This document shows positions 60,994 through 63,586 of a DNA stretch of 63,586 bases, piece by piece. Under the pieces are notes generated by a model. The model made no database searches. It was not told the DNA's origin and saw nothing but the letters and a program-made list of their open reading frames with translations. Position 1 is the first letter of the stretch. Every line of letters starts with the position of its first letter. Both the position numbers and the translations under genes were made by a program. The stretch is from the NCBI GenBank assembly GCA_035084275.1, contig CM068771.1, positions 5,208,415 to 5,272,000 of the forward strand. Reading direction: 5' to 3'. This DNA is from Hydrolagus colliei. Its lineage: Eukaryota.

Positions 60994-61799
60994 TTCTAAC
61001 ACTTACTGATTCAATCTGTCAAATGAAGTTGTTACGAGTGTTTGGAATGGAATACAAACTCACTTTCCTGGTAGAGACACACCCTACTCATTTAAATACA
61101 GAGAAGAGTTGATACAGGTTGACAAGAGCCAAGTTATGGCTTAAGCACCAAGAATATGCATTGCGAAACCAGCTACACCCATTCAACTTTTTAATACAAA
61201 CACAGCCGGAAAAGAAAAGAAGAAAAGCTTTCTTCTACCCATCAGATAGGAACACAATACCTGTTAGTGAGAAAGGAGTAAACTGCACAGAGATGCAGGG
61301 ATAGGGCAGGGAAATAGGACTCGGAAAATTCTTAAAACAACAAGCCAAATGGCCTTCGATGAATTTCTACGGTTCCACTGCTTTGGCTCTCGGTTAAGAC
61401 AAGTCGAGTGGGAATAATCCATGCTCCACAGTGACTAGTCTTCCCTCCCAAGTCCTGCTGACATGTCAGGCCCGGGCTGACTGCCATCAGCAGGGCACTG
61501 AAGTACAGGTAAACCCTGCTTACCGTGGCCCCCTGTTAACGTTGCTTCGTTATTACATTGCTGATACTCTCAGGAATTGTTAAACCAAATTTGTGGCGAG
61601 AAAAGGAGGAGTCAGTCGCAATGGAGTTTCAGAGTGCGGGGGCAGAAAGGCTGAAAACATGTGCGACGATGGCGGGGACAAGATGTAGCCCAGTGCCTGT
61701 CGAGTAACAGGAGTGAGCAGATCGGTGAGGAACAGGTAGGGGTGAGGGAGCCAGTGGGAAGTAGGGAAATAGTTCAAGATTAAAGGCCCATGGCGTAAA

Positions 61800-62432
61800 A
61801 GGGACAGTGGCAGCGTGGATCCACAACTGGCTGCGAGACAGAAAGCAGAGAGTTGTAGTGAGCGGCTGTTTTTCAGATTGGAGGGAAGTGAGCAGTGGTG
61901 TGCCACAGGGATCGGTTTTGGGACCATTGCTGTTTGTAATCTACATCAATGATCTGGACTTGGGTGTACGGAGTACAGTTTCCAAGTTTGCAGATGACAC
62001 TAAGTTAGGGAGAAAGTAAACAGTGAGGAGGATAGTAGCCATCTGCAAGAGGATATAGACAAATTGGTAAAGTGGGCAGACACATGGCAGATGAAGTTTA
62101 ATGCAGAGAAGTGTGAGGTGATGCATTTTGGGAGAAGAAATGAAGGGAGGCAATATAGGCTAGATAGTACAATTTTAAATGGTGTAAAGGAACAGAGAGA
62201 CCTGGGGATTTGTGTTAGTGACTCGTTGAAGGTGGCAGGACAGGTAGACAAGGCTGTTAAGAAGACATATGGGATACTAGGCTTTATAAATAGGGGTATA
62301 GAGTACAAAAGTCAGGAAGTGCTGACTAACCTCTATAGGACTTTGGTGAGGCCTCAGCTGGAATACTGTGTTCAATTCTGGTCACCACACTACAGAAAGG
62401 ATGTGAAGGCATTGGAAAGGGTACAACGAAGA
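61800..62432 (+). mobile_element. CR1 RT internal fragment with a frameshift, 3'-truncated
   Basis: [45 protein letters not shown], then WQMKFNAEKCEVMHFG..LEYCVQFWSPHY. Confidence 0.92.
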
Positions 62433-63224
62433 TCATGGAGTTAACTTCCATATTAGAGGATGACACCCAATTCTTATCTGCCTCCACTGCTGGTGGCTAT
62501 TAAATACAGTATGTATTTACTAAGTACACTCGGCTCAACAGAGCAAACAAGTAGTCACTGGAGTCCAGTGCTCCTGATTTGTGCAGGTGATCTGTCAGAG
62601 GGCAGCTCACTCACTGACGGTGTCCAAACTTCCAATCATATTTCAGTCATTAGACTGAATATATTTCACAAATATTTCATAAATATTTACTTGAAGAACC
62701 AACCTTTCAGCAGTCAGTGTGAACCATTTCTGAGAATGTGGACAAATTAAAATCTCTTGATCGTGTGGTTTTTGATTGATGGTGAGGACGAGCAAAAATT
62801 CAACACAGATTAGGATGTAAATCAGCAAGTTCCTGGACTTTACTGAATATGTATGCACTACACTATCAGTTATCCACCCAAATTGTGAAACTGAAGTTTC
62901 AGTGCAACAGTGATCACAATCCCTTATGATTGGAGTGTAACAGTCAAATGAAACACATTTGGACTACATGCTATATTTTTAAAAAGTGATTAATGATCAG
63001 TTTTAAAAAGTGTTTGATTAGTTTAATCAGTTTTTGATCAGTTTTATCCTACTGAGCATCTCTTCTGGATTGTTCTCCCTGCTATGTCTGTTTCTGCTTT
63101 GCTCCTCTGCCATTGATCTGCCCGTCTATTTTTCTCCCCTGCTGTTCATCTGTGTTTCATCTTGATGTGAAAGGCGCTCTATAAATGTAATTTTGTTGTT
63201 GTATTGTTGTTACCATTTGATTAT

Positions 63225-63586
63225 GTGGTTAACCTCTTGTCAGTTTGGTGCCTGCTGGCTTCATGGAATACAATCACAGAAAGTTCTCAATGCATCAAAG
63301 GATAACACTTGTTTTATTCAGATTCATAACCTCAATTACAAAAGACTTATATACTGCCAGAATCCTATGATTTATATACAGCCCTGCTGGTTAAATCCCC
63401 AACTGTTCATCCAATGAACAATCTGGCCTATTTAGGTCCACTTTATTCCAACCCTTTTATACATTGGATACAATCCAGACACCAATTGATCTCTACAGGG
63501 AGCCCACCACCCAGAGCTAAACAAACATCTATAGATCCCAGAGCTGGTCCTGTGGTGATATCACTGGGACACACATGGTGTGGGAA
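63225..63586. repeat. Paralogous copy of 56035-56470 (TRIM 3' flank duplicon)
   Basis: Collinear matches GTGGTTAACCTCTT.TCAGTTTGGTG, TGTTTTATTCAGATTCATAA, TAGGTCCACTTTATTCCA, CAGGGAGCC and CTGGTCC.GTGG.GATATCA.TGGGA. Confidence 0.8.

Overview
Vertebrate genomic DNA, probably from a cartilaginous fish (inferred from the tRNA-head DeuSINE, L2 and CR1 repeat landscape; not confirmed). It is rich in microsatellites and has three N-gaps. Most ORF-track entries are low-complexity artefacts, so I reconstructed the real genes exon by exon. The window is a piece of the MHC class III region: NELFE 3' end (+), intact FKBPL (+) and the 5' part of PRRT1 (-). Between and beyond these framework genes lies a minus-strand array of B30.2/PRY-SPRY immune genes. 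It comprises an intact butyrophilin (BTN-A, 466 aa), an intact RING-Bbox-coiled-coil-PRY/SPRY TRIM (TRIM-A, 469 aa), a second butyrophilin with one in-frame stop (BTN-B), an orphan butyrophilin B30.2 exon (BTN-C), a second intact TRIM (TRIM-B, 470 aa) and a truncated TRIM B30.2 duplicate. Also present are a decayed histone H2B fragment, a 5.6 kb G4-prone minisatellite, an inverted duplicated CpG-rich regulatory module, an orphan housekeeping-type first exon and CTCF motifs. The headline is a BTN+TRIM B30.2 array interleaved with class III genes, with signs of loop diversification, domain exchange and birth-and-death evolution.
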